DNA of 64,000 nucleotides from Frankiaceae bacterium (GTDB lineage Bacteria; Actinomycetota; Actinomycetes; BP-191): NCBI GenBank assembly GCA_030840645.1, contig JAVEEC010000020.1, positions 173 to 64,172 of the forward strand, read 5' to 3'. Shown piece by piece: positions 61,337 to 64,000 of this stretch (position 1 is its first letter; each line of letters starts with the position of its first letter). The notes under the pieces were generated by a model. It saw only the letters and a program-made list of their open reading frames with translations, ran no database searches and was not told where the DNA came from. The position numbers and the translations under genes were made by a program.

Positions 61337-63376
61337 ATGTCCCGCGCTACCCAGAGCAACGGCGGCCGCACCGCGGGCCTGCTGCTGATGGCCGCGGGCG
61401 CGTTCACGATCGTCAACGACTACCTGCCCGGCAGCGAGCTCCTGGACGTCGCGCTGCTCAACGCGGTCGGCCTGGTCGCGCTCTGCTCCGGCGCGGTGGC
61501 CTACGTGCTGCCGTGGCACCGCTGGCACCCGCGCGCGTCGCTCGCGCTGGGGGTGTTCGCGTTCGCGCTGATCGCCGTGTCCGACCGGTACGGCGGCGTC
61601 AGCCCGTACAGCTACGCCGTGTACTTCGTCGTCGTGTTCGTCTGGGTCGGCATCGCGCACCCGCCGCGAACGTCCTGGCTGATGGCGCCGGCCGCGGCGG
61701 CGGCGTACGTGCTGCCGTTCGCGCTCACGCCCGGCGCCGAGCGCGGCGGCATCCCCTCGGCCAGCGTCGCCATCCCGGTCTGCGTCCTCGTCGGCGAGAC
61801 GATCGCGCGAACGGTCCGCCGCCAGGCGCACGCCCAGGCCGCGCTGGCCGACCGGGCCCGCCGGGTCGAACGCCTCGCCGACCTGGTCGGCGAGCTGAAC
61901 GCCGACCTCGACCCCGACGCCGTGCTCCCCCGCATCTGCCACAGCGCCCGCGAGCTGCTCGACGCGAACGCCGCCGGCTTCGTCACGGCCACCGGCGGCG
62001 TCGCCTCGATCCGGGCGGCGGAGGCGCTGCCGGCATCGCTGGTCGGCGCGAGCTGGCCGGTCGACGGCTCGTCGATGGCCGAGGTGCTGCGTACCCGCGA
62101 GCCGCTGGTCGTCACCGACTTCTCGCTCTACCCGCACCGGATGGCCGAGCTCACCGCGGCCGTGCCCGGCCTGCACACCCTCCTCGTCATCCCGAGCGTG
62201 GGGCAGGGCGAGGTCCGCGGGGCGCTGTACACGCTGTTCGCGCAGCCGGGGCGGCACCTGACCGCCGCCGAGATCGACGTCGCGACGCTCCTCGCCGGGC
62301 ATGCGGGCGCCGCGCTCGCGAACGCCGCCACCCACGCCGAGGTGGTGCGCGCGCGCGACCACGAGCAGGCCGTCATCGACGGCATGGCCGACGGCATGGC
62401 GGTGCTCGGTCCGGACGGCGCGGTCAGCGCCTGGAACGCCGCCGCCGCGGCCCTCACTGGCCTGCCCGCCGCCGCCGTGACCGGCGGCCCGCTGCCGTTC
62501 CCCGTCGGCCCGCCGCGGGTCCCGACCGACCACCGCCTGCCGGACGGGCGCTGGATCGAGGTCCTCACGTCACCGCTCGACGGCGAGACCGTCGTCGGCT
62601 TCCGCGACATCACCAAGGCCAAGGCGCTGGACGAGGCGAAGGACCTGTTCCTCGCGACGACGTCCCACGAGCTGCGGACGCCGATCACCGTCATCAAGGG
62701 GTACGTCGCCGTCCTCGCCCAGAGCTGGCAGCGCCTCACCGACACCGAACGCGGCGACGCGCTGGCCGCCGTCGCCGACCGGACCGACGCGCTGGTCGCG
62801 CTGGTCGACCACCTGCTGCTCGGCGCCCGCGCCGGCGCCGCGCGGTACTCGCTGGAGACGGCGGCGTTCGACCTCGAACCCGCGGTCCGCGGCGCGGCGG
62901 AGGGCTTCCGTACCGTCTCCGAGCTGCACCGGATCGTCGTGGACGTCGCGGCCGGGCTCCCGCCCGTTCTCGGCGACCCGACCTCGGTCGAGCCGGTCGT
63001 CGGCCAGCTGCTGGAGAACGCGCTGAAGTACAGCCCGCGCGGCGGCGAGGTCCGCGTCGTCGTCCGCGGCGGCGACGGGTACGCCGTCGTCGACGTGCTC
63101 GACCGCGGGGTCGGCATCCCGGCGGGCACCGAAGACATGCTGTTCACGCGCTTCTTCCAGGCCGGCCCGGTCGACCGGCGCGAGTACGCGGGGATGGGCC
63201 TCGGCCTGCACATCGTCAGGCAGCTCGTGGAGGCACAGGGCGGCACCGTGCACGCCGCGAACCGCGAGGACGGCGGCGCCCGCATCGGCTTCACCCTGCC
63301 GTACGCACCCGCCGTGCCACTACCGCGAGCCGTCCCGCGGGACGCCGCCGGCGTGCGGCCCCCGCGTCACCCCTGA
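61337..63376 (+). CDS. Sensor histidine kinase: membrane domain, GAF, PAS, HisKA, HATPase_c (orphan)
   Basis: 679 aa, about 5-6 N-terminal TM helices. H-box SHELRTPITVIKG, N-box LLENALKY, DRGVGI, GMGLGLHIV. Same architecture as 52923..55178. Confidence 0.9.
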   Translation: MSRATQSNGGRTAGLLLMAAGAFTIVNDYLPGSELLDVALLNAVGLVALCSGAVAYVLPWHRWHPRASLALGVFAFALIAVSDRYGGVSPYSYAVYFVVVFVWVGIAHPPRTSWLMAPAAAAAYVLPFALTPGAERGGIPSASVAIPVCVLVGETIARTVRRQAHAQAALADRARRVERLADLVGELNADLDPDAVLPRICHSARELLDANAAGFVTATGGVASIRAAEALPASLVGASWPVDGSSMAEVLRTREPLVVTDFSLYPHRMAELTAAVPGLHTLLVIPSVGQGEVRGALYTLFAQPGRHLTAAEIDVATLLAGHAGAALANAATHAEVVRARDHEQAVIDGMADGMAVLGPDGAVSAWNAAAAALTGLPAAAVTGGPLPFPVGPPRVPTDHRLPDGRWIEVLTSPLDGETVVGFRDITKAKALDEAKDLFLATTSHELRTPITVIKGYVAVLAQSWQRLTDTERGDALAAVADRTDALVALVDHLLLGARAGAARYSLETAAFDLEPAVRGAAEGFRTVSELHRIVVDVAAGLPPVLGDPTSVEPVVGQLLENALKYSPRGGEVRVVVRGGDGYAVVDVLDRGVGIPAGTEDMLFTRFFQAGPVDRREYAGMGLGLHIVRQLVEAQGGTVHAANREDGGARIGFTLPYAPAVPLPRAVPRDAAGVRPPRHP

Positions 63377-63678
63377 CGCGCAGCCCGCACAGGTCGTGAC
63401 GCGCCGGGCGCCGGGGCGACGATCTCGGCGTACGCGATCAGCGGCGGTTCGGGACCGACCCACTCGACAGGACCGGTCCTGATCGCGACCGGCACTCCGC
63501 CGTCGCGCGGCGCGACCGAGCAGAAGAACGCATGCCCCGCCCTCGGCTGCTCGACGTACGCCACCGCGTGCCACACGCCCTGCCGTAGCCCGCAGTCCGT
63601 CCCGCCCGGGAGCTGCATCAGCATCCCGAGCCCCGGGTCGATGGCGTAGCAGGACCGCCGCGTCGCGAACAGCAGCAC
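63367..63678 (-). CDS. Hypothetical protein (103 aa)
   Basis: GC3-consistent ORF. Its internal segment is duplicated as a relic at 59752..59800. No family recognised and the start is uncertain. Overlaps the convergent kinase gene by 10 nt. Confidence 0.4.
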   Translation of the reverse strand: MLLFATRRSCYAIDPGLGMLMQLPGGTDCGLRQGVWHAVAYVEQPRAGHAFFCSVAPRDGGVPVAIRTGPVEWVGPEPPLIAYAEIVAPAPGASRPVRAARQG

Positions 63679-63715
63679 AGGCGCAGTGTAGATGCGCCGG
63701 AGCGACCCGGCGAGG

Positions 63716-64000
63716 CTACGGCTTCCGCGCGCGCGAAGGCTTCTCGGCCGCCGTCTCGGCGGCGGCCGGAGCCGCCTCGGCAGGCGCCGCGGGCTTCAAG
63801 CCCATCGAGGCGCGGATCGCCTCGAGGCGCTGCGAGCCCTCCATGTCGAGCGCGGAACGCTGCACCTCGAGCATCCGCGACTCGACGGATGACTCGGCCA
63901 GCTCGCCCGCGCCCATGGCCCGCGCGTACCGCGCCTCGATCTTCGAGCTGATCTGGTCGAGCGACGGCGTGTTGCCGGGGACGGAGAGCTCGCTGACCGA
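63716..64000 (-). CDS. pspA: PspA/IM30-family protein, C-terminal part (5' end outside the window)
   Basis: The frame is open to the window edge. ..TPSLDQISSKIEARYARAMGAGELAESSVESRMLEVQRSALDMEGSQRLEAIRASMGL.. is the typical C-terminal helix pattern of actinobacterial PspA, followed by an Ala/Pro/Glu tail. Confidence 0.65.
   Translation of the reverse strand, partial: SVSELSVPGNTPSLDQISSKIEARYARAMGAGELAESSVESRMLEVQRSALDMEGSQRLEAIRASMGLKPAAPAEAAPAAAETAAEKPSRARKP

Overview
This is a very high-G+C actinobacterial chromosomal segment, with GC3-dominated codons, many GTG starts and frequent 4-nt GTGA/ATGA start-stop overlaps. I can support about 60 protein-coding genes and three tRNAs: Gly-GCC at 3945, and Cys-GCA plus Val-GAC at 58055-58199. 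I found no rRNA, CRISPR array, transposase or integrase.

Recognisable blocks, in order:
1. Secreted LVIVD propeller, S8 protease and an arginase-family gene (0-3.9 kb).
2. A visibly lower-G+C block of four secreted/membrane unknowns next to tRNA-Gly.
3. furA-katG.
4. An S1 protease, a small Cys peptide and a 1,632-aa LPATG-anchored DUF11/SdrD-B repeat surface protein.
5. A four-gene operon without signal peptides: a hemopexin-lysozyme fusion, two paralogous unknowns of about 490-505 aa, and a GH25 muramidase with an acidic tail.
6. Three secreted BNR/NHL propeller proteins with LuxR and LAL regulators.
7. bfd-bfr, then a nine-gene translationally chained heme-uptake / heme-oxygenase / GAF-ANTAR operon with IdeR-like boxes, then a GAF-GGDEF-EAL gene.
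8. A galactose / galactofuranose-type sugar cluster: galK, galT, GH2, GH43-like, ADH, AKR, a glycosyltransferase and a long-form UGM-like flavoenzyme.
9. A histidine kinase translationally coupled to a secreted S8 subtilase that ends in nine GANWY pentapeptide repeats. This pair is divergent from a 54-aa double-glycine-leader Cys/Thr-rich precursor-like peptide.
10. tRNA-Cys/Val followed by a 1.6-kb insert bounded by a duplicated tRNA-Val 3' end, then a BNR protein, a second orphan kinase and a partial pspA.

The best candidates for undescribed biology are the peptide/subtilase/kinase locus (52.9-57.3 kb) and the 15.9-21.2 kb four-gene operon. All functional calls come from motif recognition by eye. 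No database search or computation was possible.
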